Source: a virus. Taken from it: a stretch of 64,000 nt of DNA. The stretch is from positions 1-64,000 of the IMG/VR virus record IMGVR_UViG_3300036859_000816. One strand, written 5' to 3'. Position numbers and translations under genes: made by a program. Each line of letters opens with the position of its first letter. The stretch's first letter is position 1. Below are positions 9,125-18,630 of the stretch, in pieces. The notes beneath the pieces were generated by a model, which made no database searches, was not told where the DNA came from, and saw only the letters and a list, made by a program, of their open reading frames with translations.

Positions 9125-9417
9125 CGCGACCCCAACTTCTGGATCTCGCGGTCCAAATACCATCGAGCTTTGCGTAGGTCTTCGATGAGCTTATCCGGAT
9201 CCTTCTTTCCCGCGCGCGCAACGTACTTGACGACGTTGCCGAGATTGAAACCGAGCTTCCAGTCCTCGATGGCGTCGATGACTTCGATGTCACCCGTGTT
9301 GTAGTGTGCCGGATGATTGATGGTGTCCCGTCGCGCAGGAGGTGTCTCCGCTGGCGGAATATCACGTAACGAAGCTTCGCGTATGCGTACCGTTGCGTTT
9401 TCCGTTTTCTTTTCCAT
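9121..9417 (-). CDS. DUF3310 family phage protein
   Basis: INHPAHY...EVIDAIE...FNLGNVVKYVARAGKK...EDLRKARWYL. Confidence 0.88.
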   Translation of the reverse strand: MEKKTENATVRIREASLRDIPPAETPPARRDTINHPAHYNTGDIEVIDAIEDWKLGFNLGNVVKYVARAGKKDPDKLIEDLRKARWYLDREIQKLGSR

Positions 9418-9421
9418 ATCG

Positions 9422-11845
9422 TTAGCCTTTGTTCGCGGGTAATCGAATGGGCGATCTCCAGCGTTCCGACACGGCATTGAATTTCTCACATACAGTCTGC
9501 CACAAATCAAGATCGAGTGATGCTGCTAACAAGTCCGCATAGGCCAGTACATCTCCGAGCTCGTCGGCGACAGCCTGAACGGTACCGTCGCCACGTTTGA
9601 GTTTCGTTGCTGCATCGCAGACCTCGCCCACTTCGCCCGCTAGCGCACACGCCCAATCCGTGGCGGTCCAGTCCTTGATCCGAAACCAGACGCTCTCACA
9701 GCGTGTCACAGTCGCACGCCGCAACTGAGCGAACTGATCTGCCGTTTGCTGCTGCAACGCTCGCGCGGAGCGGTGCTCTTCGACCATTGCCGTCATGCGT
9801 GCCTGTAGCTCGGTGACCTGGTTTTTTAAACGATCGTTTTCGGTGACGTACTGGACCAGCCGGCGCTCGTACTGCGCCGCGAGCGGATACGGTTGGATAT
9901 ACGATTGAATCCGTTCTTGATCTTGCTCAGTCATATGGCTACGGCACTCGCTGAGCGCAGTAGCAAAGCGCTCCTCTTCATCGTCCGATAGCGTGCCTTG
10001 CGCTGCGCGCCTAGAGACCAGCTCGTCAACGATTTGCAGGTAACGCCGGAAGGCTCCCGGAGCTTCGGCGAAGCAGGAATCAATCACCCCGGCCTGGCGA
10101 GCAGGCGATCCGTCGGAAGTGCACTCCTTCGGGTTGCCGTTCTGCTCGTCGCTTCCAGGCCGGCCGGATTCGGTTGTGCCACTCGGCCGCTGACGGGCGT
10201 CTGCCCCGCTCGACATGGCGCCTTGTCCGTGGGGTTGCGAATCGCCCGGTGAATCTTGCTCGCGACCCCGCTCGCAGCATGCCCGCACGTGCGCATTGGT
10301 ATTGCACCCACAGAACTGGCAGGTGCGAAAGCCGTCAGCGTCTGGCTCCGGTCCGCAACAGACGTCGATAGCGGCGCGGGCAGCTGCGCGCCAAGGATGA
10401 CGCTGCTCATCGAATCGCAACGGCTCTCGATGCGCGGCATCCTCCATCGCCTTCGCCACCGTATCGACGCCCGGCCTCGGTCGCTCACACGGCAGGAGCT
10501 CGATGGCTCGATCCCAGACGCAGAGCCACCGCTCATCCGGAGGACCATCCCGATATGCGGCCCGCAGTAACATCGCCCCAACTTCGCGCGTGATCGGCGG
10601 TTTCGAGCGCTGCGCGGCGCTCGCTAAAGCATCGGGCAAGAATTCGAGATACCCTGACTCAGTGGTCGAGCTCCCCTCGGCACGCACACCGGTAGCGTGA
10701 TTTATGAAGAACCAGTCCAGTTTTCCCTCTTGATCGATTTCGATGTCCAGCGACCGGTCGCCTGGGTTCCAACCGAAATAGAAGTTGCCTTTTTCGTCCA
10801 ATCCCGCCGTCGGTTTCCTCACACACGGCTCTGCTTTGACGATACGTAGCCAAGTGTCCAGCACGCACTGGCGTTGCTTGGCTGGCAGTGTCTCGTCCGC
10901 ACCAAGGGACCGTAAATACTCCTCCCATTTCTGCTCTTGTGTCGCGTCCGTTTTTTGCTCGACGCTGGTCGGCGGGCGGTACTCCAAGACGCGGTGGTAC
11001 TTTTCCGCTGTATCATGACTGTCCCATATGAGGTCGGAATTGTAGTGCAGATCGCGTAGAAACCATTCTCGTTCCGAATCGTGGATGTGCCAGCTCACCT
11101 GGCCCGTAGGCAGGTCGATGAACACGATAGTGCGCCAATCGTCTTCCCAGTCCGCATTCGGATGCTGACCCAACCAAACGCGGTATCCGAGTCCGAGCGC
11201 CATACGCGCGATCAGCGCCACGCACATGTCGCGTTCCTTGTAGACCGCGTCACTGTTAGTTTTGCTCGTACGGAACGCGGCTCGTATGGATCCGACCGAT
11301 TCCTTGGCACCCTTGACTTGTGCCTCGAGCATTTCGATGCGCGGCCGTGCGCTGTGCAGCTCGGAGCGCAGCCGTTCGATATCACGCTCGGTTTCGTCCT
11401 TCGCCACTTCGCGCAAGTCCACACGCTCGAAGGCAACTGCACCGGATTGACCGTCGACGAGAATGACCGCGGACCCGTCCGCAAGTCGCCATGCTTCGCT
11501 GCGCGTTGTCGTTTCGACCATTCGTCCATCATCGAGCGTGTAAGTAACCGGCGTGCCCGCTGGATAGCGATTGTTCCAATCTTTCAGAATCGGAAGCGGA
11601 GCCAACACGTGGACGCGCTCCAGCGGAAGCTGCCGGCGGCCGGAGTCAGTTTCCGCTAAACCGGCTCTGCGCAGCAGAATCTCAATTTTCGGACCATCGG
11701 CGCCGATGCCGGTGTCGATCCATGCTCCACTATTCGTGACCGCTTGCACGACCGTTCCGTCCTGCAACAAAGCCTTGACGGGCGTACCGGCTGGGTAGCG
11801 TTGGTTCCAGTCGTAGATCACTGTGGCCCCATCTTTAATCGTCAT
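9422..11845 (-). CDS. Mosaic multidomain protein with C-terminal MazG-like NTP pyrophosphohydrolase
   Basis: Duplicated WNxRYPAGTPV module; LPTGQVSWH...WDSH (WDGH-like) domain; C-terminal AGEVGEVCD...DELGDVLAY. Confidence 0.75.
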   Translation of the reverse strand: MTIKDGATVIYDWNQRYPAGTPVKALLQDGTVVQAVTNSGAWIDTGIGADGPKIEILLRRAGLAETDSGRRQLPLERVHVLAPLPILKDWNNRYPAGTPVTYTLDDGRMVETTTRSEAWRLADGSAVILVDGQSGAVAFERVDLREVAKDETERDIERLRSELHSARPRIEMLEAQVKGAKESVGSIRAAFRTSKTNSDAVYKERDMCVALIARMALGLGYRVWLGQHPNADWEDDWRTIVFIDLPTGQVSWHIHDSEREWFLRDLHYNSDLIWDSHDTAEKYHRVLEYRPPTSVEQKTDATQEQKWEEYLRSLGADETLPAKQRQCVLDTWLRIVKAEPCVRKPTAGLDEKGNFYFGWNPGDRSLDIEIDQEGKLDWFFINHATGVRAEGSSTTESGYLEFLPDALASAAQRSKPPITREVGAMLLRAAYRDGPPDERWLCVWDRAIELLPCERPRPGVDTVAKAMEDAAHREPLRFDEQRHPWRAAARAAIDVCCGPEPDADGFRTCQFCGCNTNAHVRACCERGREQDSPGDSQPHGQGAMSSGADARQRPSGTTESGRPGSDEQNGNPKECTSDGSPARQAGVIDSCFAEAPGAFRRYLQIVDELVSRRAAQGTLSDDEEERFATALSECRSHMTEQDQERIQSYIQPYPLAAQYERRLVQYVTENDRLKNQVTELQARMTAMVEEHRSARALQQQTADQFAQLRRATVTRCESVWFRIKDWTATDWACALAGEVGEVCDAATKLKRGDGTVQAVADELGDVLAYADLLAASLDLDLWQTVCEKFNAVSERWRSPIRLPANKG

Positions 11846-12050
11846 TTGAAGCTCCCTTCATCTTTCCAGGGGCGAGGCGCTCCTGCTTTGCTCGATCCCA
11901 CATGAAGCGCACGAATAGCTTGTATATTCGAAACGCCTTGAGCACCTTCTCAAGCGAGAAAATTAGTACTTCCCCGATCGCGTAGAGCGCCAGCAATCCG
12001 AGGACAATCGCGCCGAACGCCGTAACACCTACGTGGAGAATAGCAGTCAC
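11835..12050 (-). CDS. Small membrane protein
   Basis: N-terminal hydrophobic helix, coupled ORF. Confidence 0.55.
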   Translation of the reverse strand: MTAILHVGVTAFGAIVLGLLALYAIGEVLIFSLEKVLKAFRIYKLFVRFMWDRAKQERLAPGKMKGASNDD

Positions 12051-12268
12051 GGCTGCGCCTTTCCGGCGGCGAGGCGTTCACGTAACCAGCCGCGCGACTC
12101 CAATATCTCCCCAGTTAGTCCGCAGTGGCGGCAAGCGTCTCTCAACGGTGACCAGTTGCTCTCTCCGCAATCTGGGCATCTGAACGAAGGCGTCGGCCTA
12201 AAACCGTGTGCGGGTATGAAGCGTGGCATCGGATCGCAACCACCCTCGCGTGTGCGGTACGGATTCAT
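12047..12268 (-). CDS. Small zinc-ribbon protein
   Basis: CPDC...CRHC. Confidence 0.55.
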   Translation of the reverse strand: MNPYRTREGGCDPMPRFIPAHGFRPTPSFRCPDCGESNWSPLRDACRHCGLTGEILESRGWLRERLAAGKAQP

Positions 12269-12813
12269 TTCGCCTCTGCTAGGCGATGCAGCGTGTCTGC
12301 AAACAGTCGCAGGCCCGCCAGAGAATCAATGTGGTACAGATCCACCATCACTCGGACGGCCGAGAGCTTCTTGTCAACCACGAACCGGTGCTTCTCCATG
12401 CTGTCGGCGTCGAGCACTCCGCGCTCCACCATCCTTTGGTACTCCACCGCTTGCGTGCCCAACGGATCGCTTGAGAGAATGTGTCCGTCGGCATCGTAAT
12501 AGGTAGCGCCGTATTCATCGGGCGATGGACAGGCGCAGTGACCGCCTGATCGTATGTCGGTGCGACCGATCGGATCGGCGTACAGCGAGCGCGCCACTTC
12601 GATGGGCACCGCGGCCGATTGCACGGTGGCGTGCGCAACCCAGTAGTACCAGGCGCGGCGAAAGTACCAGCCATGAAGCGTGCCTGTCAGCGACGCGGCG
12701 ACCTCATGGGTGCTGCGCGGCCCCTCAAGGATTTCGATCCGCGCCTTCTCCAGCTCGTCGCGAATGATGCGGTCGCAGTCCTTGTTGCCAGCAAGATTGA
12801 TCACGGGCTTCAC
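12265..12813 (-). CDS. Hypothetical phage protein
   Basis: FRRAWYYWV...GHCAC...YHIDS; coupled ORF. Confidence 0.65.
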   Translation of the reverse strand: MKPVINLAGNKDCDRIIRDELEKARIEILEGPRSTHEVAASLTGTLHGWYFRRAWYYWVAHATVQSAAVPIEVARSLYADPIGRTDIRSGGHCACPSPDEYGATYYDADGHILSSDPLGTQAVEYQRMVERGVLDADSMEKHRFVVDKKLSAVRVMVDLYHIDSLAGLRLFADTLHRLAEAK

Positions 12814-12864
12814 CGCCTTGCTTCGGATGGCCGCCCCGAAGCGTCGAGCGCCGCGCCGAGCTTG

Positions 12865-13140
12865 TCAGCGTTCATTTTTGACATGGATCGTTCTGCCATC
12901 CGGATGCGCCCAACCACCCTGGATGCGTTTTTTCGTCAAACTTTCCTTGCGGAATGCTTCGCTCTTCAACCACGCTGCCAAAGCGTGTGCTTGCGCAGCG
13001 GTCAAATTTACAACGACAGGGACACCTTCACTGATGACTTGAAGGCAAATGTCGGCGCTGCTGTCACTATCGGCGATCAGTTGGTTACAGATTTTGATCT
13101 GACGGTCCGGTTGAAGGGTCTTCGTGGTGAAGCTTGTCAT
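12865..13140 (-). CDS. Hypothetical protein
   Basis: GGAG RBS upstream of ATG 13140. Confidence 0.5.
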   Translation of the reverse strand: MTSFTTKTLQPDRQIKICNQLIADSDSSADICLQVISEGVPVVVNLTAAQAHALAAWLKSEAFRKESLTKKRIQGGWAHPDGRTIHVKNER

Positions 13141-13240
13141 TATTTCTCCGTTCATTTCAGCTGAAACGATGCCATGTGCGTGCCGCCCTGCGCGAGCACG
13201 AACCCAAATACGCAAAAATCGGTCGTTTCGCTTAAGTTTG

Positions 13241-13528
13241 TCATTTGAAGCTCCCTATGACCATTTCGATGCGCCGCTGGGCCTCTTCAATGCGGCGCTC
13301 CGCACTCAGAGCGCGCTCGCGCCAGTACTCTTCATTGCGATTGTGCTGCGCGGCCGTGTCCATCCACGCGCACGCACGCTTCCGTTCTTCGGCGGCGGTC
13401 CCGAGCCGTATCTTCTTCAATTCCTCACTCGGACAGCGGTGACGGCGTTTGCTGTCCAGCGTCATGCCGCATCGGCGGCAGTACGTCGTCGTTTTCTTGC
13501 TCAGCTTTCTTTCCCGTTTTTTGACCAT
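13241..13528 (-). CDS. Hypothetical protein, paralog of 61585-61959
   Basis: CRRC finger plus WMDTAAQHNRNEEYWR segment shared with the 61.6 kb ORF. Confidence 0.7.
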   Translation of the reverse strand: MVKKRERKLSKKTTTYCRRCGMTLDSKRRHRCPSEELKKIRLGTAAEERKRACAWMDTAAQHNRNEEYWRERALSAERRIEEAQRRIEMVIGSFK

Positions 13529-13735
13529 GGACTCCTCGTAATGCAACCCATTTACCCAATCGTTCGACAAACACTCGTCCTTCGCCCCAAGCAAGCACGT
13601 TGCGCGTCAGGTCGCCTGACCACCGCAAGTCTACCGACGCGCGGCGAACCAGCTCAGTGATATCCGCCGGCAACAGCAAGACGAGCTCTTTGGCGCGCTT
13701 GCGCCAGACGGGATGACTGCAAGGCTCCATGCGTG

Positions 13736-14290
13736 TCACTTTGCTTGCTTCCCTTGTGCTAGAGCGGCCGCGAACTGCACGCGCCGCGCGCCGGCTATCG
13801 CCGTCGCACAGGCGTCGGCGCGATGCTCGTCTAATGCTTCCGGACACTGGCGCACTATCGCGCGCACGCAGCGCACGACGCGTTCTTTGCTCGATGCGCG
13901 GTTGGCGCCCACGGCGCGTTTGACGTCGCCAGGCTCAAGCAGCACGACCGGTACGTTCAGACGAAAGCCCCAGCTTGCGGCGAGACCTACGACTGCCATC
14001 ACACGGATAGCTTCAAAGTTTGTTTCTTTCCTGCGCTGCTTGCCGGCAATCACGTAGAGCGGGTCTTCGATCGCTATCCACCTGATCCGCTTTGCATAAA
14101 TTTGTAACAAGTTTTTGAGCTGCTCTTCAATGAAGCGTAGCCGCGCGACAAAGTCATATCCTGGCTTTCGTGGCAGAGCTTGGATAGTCTTGCCGGCACA
14201 ATAGTTCCAACCGTTCGCCTCGTGCGACAGGAACGCGACTCCGCACGCGCGCAGTCCCGGATCGACGCCCATGCCGACGTCCTCGCTCAT
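13736..14290 (-). CDS. ruvC: Holliday junction resolvase RuvC
   Basis: GVDPG, IAIED, VKRAVG, DEHRADA: catalytic acidic residues present. Confidence 0.88.
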   Translation of the reverse strand: MSEDVGMGVDPGLRACGVAFLSHEANGWNYCAGKTIQALPRKPGYDFVARLRFIEEQLKNLLQIYAKRIRWIAIEDPLYVIAGKQRRKETNFEAIRVMAVVGLAASWGFRLNVPVVLLEPGDVKRAVGANRASSKERVVRCVRAIVRQCPEALDEHRADACATAIAGARRVQFAAALAQGKQAK

Positions 14291-14544
14291 TCGTCTTCCT
14301 GACATTCCGGAGGATACAGCTCATCATAGAGACAGTGCATACACGCTCGAACGCAGCGCCCGTCTTCAAAAATTCCGCCTTTTTTCGTCTCCTCTAAAAA
14401 GTCAGGCGGAACGCGCCGACCGCAGTGCTGGCACTTGATGAACTCTGTTTTGTCGATCTTGGCTTTCTTTGGTTCGTTTTGCGGCGCCTCATCTTGAGGC
14501 GGTTCACGGTACGGAGACCGAAACTTCTTTAGTATGCCCATCAC
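14287..14544 (-). CDS. Small zinc-finger protein
   Basis: CQHC...CMHC, AGGAG RBS. Confidence 0.6.
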   Translation of the reverse strand: MMGILKKFRSPYREPPQDEAPQNEPKKAKIDKTEFIKCQHCGRRVPPDFLEETKKGGIFEDGRCVRACMHCLYDELYPPECQEDE

Positions 14545-14560
14545 GTTTCTCCTTTTGTCT

Positions 14561-14776
14561 TCACTTGGGCACCTTGGCTGCTAGTGCGGCTCGCTTCAGA
14601 TCCTCCAAGAATGGCTCGTAGCACTCGCCGCCGACGTCTGCGGTATCGCAGACGCGCAACGCAGCCGTGACCAGAGCTTCTAGCTTGTCTTGCTGCACCA
14701 CGAGCGCGATTCGCAAGATGTCGATCTGTCGCTGGAGCTCGTCGGTGTTAGCGTCACTCATTCCTTCGAGGCTCAT
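14561..14776 (-). CDS. Hypothetical protein
   Basis: Coupled ORF. Confidence 0.55.
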   Translation of the reverse strand: MSLEGMSDANTDELQRQIDILRIALVVQQDKLEALVTAALRVCDTADVGGECYEPFLEDLKRAALAAKVPK

Positions 14777-15237
14777 GGTTCGGGTATTTCGTGGCCAGCT
14801 TGTTCCTCTTTAGCCGTGAGGCTCGATTCTCTGAGCGGAACAGCGATGACAGGTACCATCATGAATTCGCCAAGCAGCTTTAAGTAGCGATCTCGGTTGG
14901 CTCGGCTCGACCACGGCAGACAGCCATCGTTGAAGAAAAAGTAGAACGGATATTCCTCTAAACGCTTGAGTTTAGAGACGCAGGTCTCCCACAGACGCTT
15001 CTTCTTCGGATGTGGACGGATGCCGATCGGATAGTCGGCGTACTTGTAATATCCCTTGGTCGGAAATCCGATCGGCTTGTACTCGCGGTTCAGTACAAGC
15101 CAAGCGCGCTCGCCATCGAGCGCGCCATGCGGTTGCAGACAGTACGGGAAGTGAGAACGCGCTATCAAGTCGCGGCGAAACGTCAATCGTGGTTGATATT
15201 GGTCAGGGTGAATCATCTCATATGGATTTGTTGTCAT
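14773..15237 (-). CDS. Hypothetical protein
   Basis: FPYCLQ...VLNREYKPIG...FFNDGCLPW; ATGA overlap with thyX stop. Confidence 0.65.
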   Translation of the reverse strand: MTTNPYEMIHPDQYQPRLTFRRDLIARSHFPYCLQPHGALDGERAWLVLNREYKPIGFPTKGYYKYADYPIGIRPHPKKKRLWETCVSKLKRLEEYPFYFFFNDGCLPWSSRANRDRYLKLLGEFMMVPVIAVPLRESSLTAKEEQAGHEIPEP

Positions 15238-16058
15238 CGCAGCCCTTCCGTAAACAGTTCCCACGTGCGCGGGAAGCGCTCGGCGATGATGGTCCCGAGC
15301 GCGTTGGCGTACATGCGAATTTCGTACTGCGCGCCCGGAGCCATGCGCAGGGTCAGAAACCCGAGCCAGTTGCGCAGGTTGGCAGACGCTCTCATGCGCG
15401 AGTACCGACCAACGGGCAGATGCACGCGGGCTAGTTCTTTCGGTACACCGGCATTAAGCGCCTTCTCGTACAGATCCTGAGCCTGCGCGTAAATCTGCTC
15501 AAGCTTGGCTCGGAAAATCTTGGCATTCTCTTCCGTCAACGCTTCCGCGCCCTTGATCGTGCCCGCTTGCTTGTTCTTGCCGTCACCGCCGATGAGCAGG
15601 CGTTCCATGCTCGGAACGTAGTTGACGTCGGGCAGCGGCGTGTAACGAGCGCTCAGTTCGTTGAAAGACTGTGTTCTATGTCGGTGCCATTCCCGAAAGA
15701 CGAAGATGGGCGCTTGCACTTCGATAACCATCCCAGCGAACTCGAATGGGCTGGCGTGTTTGTTGTCCCACAGAAACTTGAGCAGTTTTTCGTCGCCCGG
15801 CTTCTGCTCTACATCGCAAGCCGTCCAACAACCACGATGACAGTACTCTGGCGGCATCTCTCCGTCGTCGCTAAGGTATGTCTCGCTCTCGGGTACTTCG
15901 CGATCACACTTGAGGCACCTGAAACGTTTGACGGGACCCCAACCCTTGAAGGCTCCGTCGGTGCTCATTCTTGCGCTTTCGATGATGCGCTCGTCGCTGC
16001 CCCAGCTTTCAATGAGCTCCAAATATCCATAATCAAGGAGCTGAATCTTCTGAGCCAT
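15234..16058 (-). CDS. thyX: FAD-dependent thymidylate synthase
   Basis: HASPFE, APIFVFREWHRHRTQSFNELSARY signature, KELARVHLP, AQYEIR. Confidence 0.95.
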   Translation of the reverse strand: MAQKIQLLDYGYLELIESWGSDERIIESARMSTDGAFKGWGPVKRFRCLKCDREVPESETYLSDDGEMPPEYCHRGCWTACDVEQKPGDEKLLKFLWDNKHASPFEFAGMVIEVQAPIFVFREWHRHRTQSFNELSARYTPLPDVNYVPSMERLLIGGDGKNKQAGTIKGAEALTEENAKIFRAKLEQIYAQAQDLYEKALNAGVPKELARVHLPVGRYSRMRASANLRNWLGFLTLRMAPGAQYEIRMYANALGTIIAERFPRTWELFTEGLR

Positions 16059-16307
16059 TCCTTCTTCCTTCCCGTTGTCGCATCATGCGCCGCGCTTGCC
16101 CGCTAATCCGGTCTCGCATGGATATTGTGGGCGTACCGTCTTCGGCGACGATCTGCTGGTGGTCGCTATCCCAATCGATGCCGGTATCTCGGGTCATTGC
16201 TTGGTGCGCTTCGGCCCACGCTAGCTCGGAGCGCAGTCGTTTGGTGTCGTACAGTGGATCAAGACCGAGTACCTCGCGCACGGCGTTGATGAGCTCCTGG
16301 TTCGGTG

Positions 16308-16808
16308 TCACTGCGCTGCCACATCTTTCTCTGCGTTCGCTTTTTCTGCCGCAATCCGCCGGTCGCGCGCGCGCCAATGCTCGAAGTCCCGCCCGTTGCG
16401 CGACAGGAAACCCCAATCGCCAAAACGCGAGCCGACGATGAAGAGCGTCCACGCACCATTGACAGGATCGAGCAAGTCAACGCGGTGGAAGGTCGTGTCC
16501 GTGATGAAGTTGAAATCGCTCGGGATCAGTATCCGCGAAGTGACTCCAATTCGATCACGCTCCATGCGCTCCTCCCGATAGCCACCGGTCAAAATGATGG
16601 ATACCGCCCAGCGCCACGGATGATTGTGGAGTTCGCGGTCGGAATCGCTGCGAAAGAACCGATGCAGGAAGACTCCGGGTAGCCAATTGCGCCACCAATC
16701 ACGATCCGGTGTCAGGTACACACGCAAGAGGTACGGACCGCCCTCGTCGGTGTAGATGACGCGCTTGCGCAATGGCAAGCGGTCCAGCAAGCGTAGCAGT
16801 GAAGCCAA
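16308..16808 (-). CDS. Cupin-like metal-binding protein
   Basis: FLHRF...LHNHPW...GGYREE...FHRV. Confidence 0.7.
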   Translation of the reverse strand: MASLLRLLDRLPLRKRVIYTDEGGPYLLRVYLTPDRDWWRNWLPGVFLHRFFRSDSDRELHNHPWRWAVSIILTGGYREERMERDRIGVTSRILIPSDFNFITDTTFHRVDLLDPVNGAWTLFIVGSRFGDWGFLSRNGRDFEHWRARDRRIAAEKANAEKDVAAQ

Positions 16809-17050
16809 GATTCAACCCTTTGGTATCCAACCGCGGCCCGCGGCACAGCGGCTACAGACTAAGACGATTTTTTCTGATGGAAGCTCTGGCGGATTGGTGT
16901 GGCAGGCGATGCACAGCAGTTGCCCAAGACGCTCTGGCGTCGCCGGCTCCATGAATGCGACATCGGCACCGTCAATCACGCACGTACACGTCACGTAGCC
17001 GGGTGCCGGCGGGTGCTCGTCGCATTCGACGTTTGGATACTCAGCCACGG

Positions 17051-17305
17051 CTAGTTGCTCTCCTCGGTCTCGGATTTGTCGTCCTTGGCATCGGCTGCCG
17101 GAATCTGATCCCATTCGGCTATCGCCGCGTCAATGGCGCCACCCAGCTCCTCAGCCGAGCCAGGAAAGATGCCGAGCTCGGGATCATCTGCGGCAAAGAG
17201 CCAGACCGTAAACTTGGCCTCGGCCATAGTACGGCCGTACCAGATGGTCATCGAGAGCCCACGCTCTTCAAGTAATTCGCCGATCTCCGCCGTCGTCTTG
17301 GTCAT
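17051..17305 (-). CDS. Hypothetical protein
   Basis: TAATG coupling with upstream ORF. Confidence 0.55.
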   Translation of the reverse strand: MTKTTAEIGELLEERGLSMTIWYGRTMAEAKFTVWLFAADDPELGIFPGSAEELGGAIDAAIAEWDQIPAADAKDDKSETEESN

Positions 17306-17553
17306 TAGTTTGCCGTTGTGCTGTTTGCGTCGGCGCGCTCCGCCTCGATGATATCGCGCAAAATCTCCGCAACACCTTCTGCCGCTTGTAGCGCTGAGCA
17401 GTTCTTGTCTGACCGCACGATGCTCGCAGCGGCATCAAGACAGGCCACGATGGCGATATCTTTGGTCTGTCCGATCAGCGTCGCTACAATGCGCATGGCG
17501 CATTGGTGCACCCTCAGTTCGAGTTCCGCATTCAATTTATCAGGCTGCGCCAT
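17305..17553 (-). CDS. Hypothetical protein
   Basis: GAGGA RBS before MAQPDK. Confidence 0.5.
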   Translation of the reverse strand: MAQPDKLNAELELRVHQCAMRIVATLIGQTKDIAIVACLDAAASIVRSDKNCSALQAAEGVAEILRDIIEAERADANSTTAN

Positions 17554-17848
17554 TATCCTCTTCTTCCGTCTGCGCTTCGCGCCAGGCCTTCTCGAGCTTC
17601 GCAAGCGTCAACGCGCGGGCGTAGGGCGGCAGTTCATCCATGGCGTCACTGAACGCGTACTTGGCCGCCTGTGCTGCATCATGGAGGCTCTTCAGGCGCG
17701 CGAACTGTTCGGCTGGTATGGCTTCGAGCGCGACCCGTTCGGCAAAGTCGCGGATCATCGGATCGGGAATGCGCTTCGGATCGTTGCGCGCGTCGACAAC
17801 AATCTGAACCAGTGCCTGCTCGGCTTCAGAGATCGCTCTGTTGCTCAT
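17540..17848 (-). CDS. Hypothetical protein
   Basis: AAGGA before MSNRAI; ends LAKLEKAW. Confidence 0.55.
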   Translation of the reverse strand: MSNRAISEAEQALVQIVVDARNDPKRIPDPMIRDFAERVALEAIPAEQFARLKSLHDAAQAAKYAFSDAMDELPPYARALTLAKLEKAWREAQTEEEDNGAA

Positions 17849-17969
17849 CCTTACGCCGCTTTCGTTGCACACGCAGTTGATGGACATGCTCGCGGCGCTG
17901 TTGTTCAGCCTGAGCCTTATCGGGTTGCTTGCGCATCCGGCGTGTGAGTTTCAACTTTCGCTTACTCAT
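17826..17969 (-). CDS. Small basic protein (47 aa, MSKRKLKLTRR...), not in ORF track
   Basis: Translated by hand; GGAG RBS inside the 28-bp repeat, TGA at 17828-17826. Confidence 0.5.
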   Translation of the reverse strand: MSKRKLKLTRRMRKQPDKAQAEQQRREHVHQLRVQRKRRKDEQQSDL

Positions 17970-18181
17970 TGATCGTCTCCACGGGACTTACGATGCGCCA
18001 ATTGAACCAGCCGCACGGCCAGCCACCGTCCTGTTCCAGTCGGTACCAAATCCCAGTCTCCGACTCGCGTGTGTCGGTAACCTTTCCGGTTCCCCACTCC
18101 ATCGCGTTTCCTGAATTTACCCTAAGCCGGGTCCCTATTTCGTAGGGCTTGTCCTTTCGCTTACTCATCGATCGTCTCCAC
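17955..18181. repeat. 28-bp direct repeat pair flanking one small gene
   Basis: ctttcgcttactcatYgatcgtctccac at 17955-17982 and 18154-18181, one mismatch. Confidence 0.9.
17962..18168 (-). CDS. Small SH3/Tudor-like protein between the direct repeats
   Basis: YEIGTRLRV...GKVTD...WYRL; starts MSKRK inside the repeat. Confidence 0.6.
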   Translation of the reverse strand: MSKRKDKPYEIGTRLRVNSGNAMEWGTGKVTDTRESETGIWYRLEQDGGWPCGWFNWRIVSPVETINE

Positions 18182-18475
18182 AAATAAGTCGAATTTCTTG
18201 ATCGCGTACACGCCTAGATGCATGCGAACGATTTCTCGGAGCAGTTTCATATCCACGCTTCGAGACGTTACTGCATCCGCCACCTCATCGAGGTCATCCC
18301 GTCCGCCAGTGTAGAACTTCAGCGCTACGTGTTCTTCTTTGGTCATATCCGCGCGGCAGTCATTGAGCCCTACCGCGTAACGCTCCTCTTCGTCGTCGGA
18401 CAACTTGCCCTGCACCGCACGCCGCGAGACCAGCTGCTCCACCAGGTTCAAGTAACGGACCAGCGCGGATGACAT
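18161..18475 (-). CDS. Hypothetical protein, homologous to an internal segment of 9422-11845
   Basis: RYLNLVEQLVSRRAVQGKLSDDEEERY vs RYLQIVDELVSRRAAQGTLSDDEEERF. Confidence 0.7.
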   Translation of the reverse strand: MSSALVRYLNLVEQLVSRRAVQGKLSDDEEERYAVGLNDCRADMTKEEHVALKFYTGGRDDLDEVADAVTSRSVDMKLLREIVRMHLGVYAIKKFDLFVETIDE

Positions 18476-18630
18476 CTACGCTTCGCGTTCTTTGCCGCTT
18501 GTCGCGCAGCGAAAGTTGTTGCCTTCGGGCATAGCGCTCGTGATACCATGGTGCCCGACGATAACGCAAGCCTGACATTTTCTGTCCGCCCGATCCTTGC
18601 GCCCCGCGCAGCCGTTGATCATGATGGCTC

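Noticed and set aside
15780-15940. Intein in ThyX
   Set aside because: Too short and lacks the N-terminal Cys/Ser block and C-terminal His-Asn
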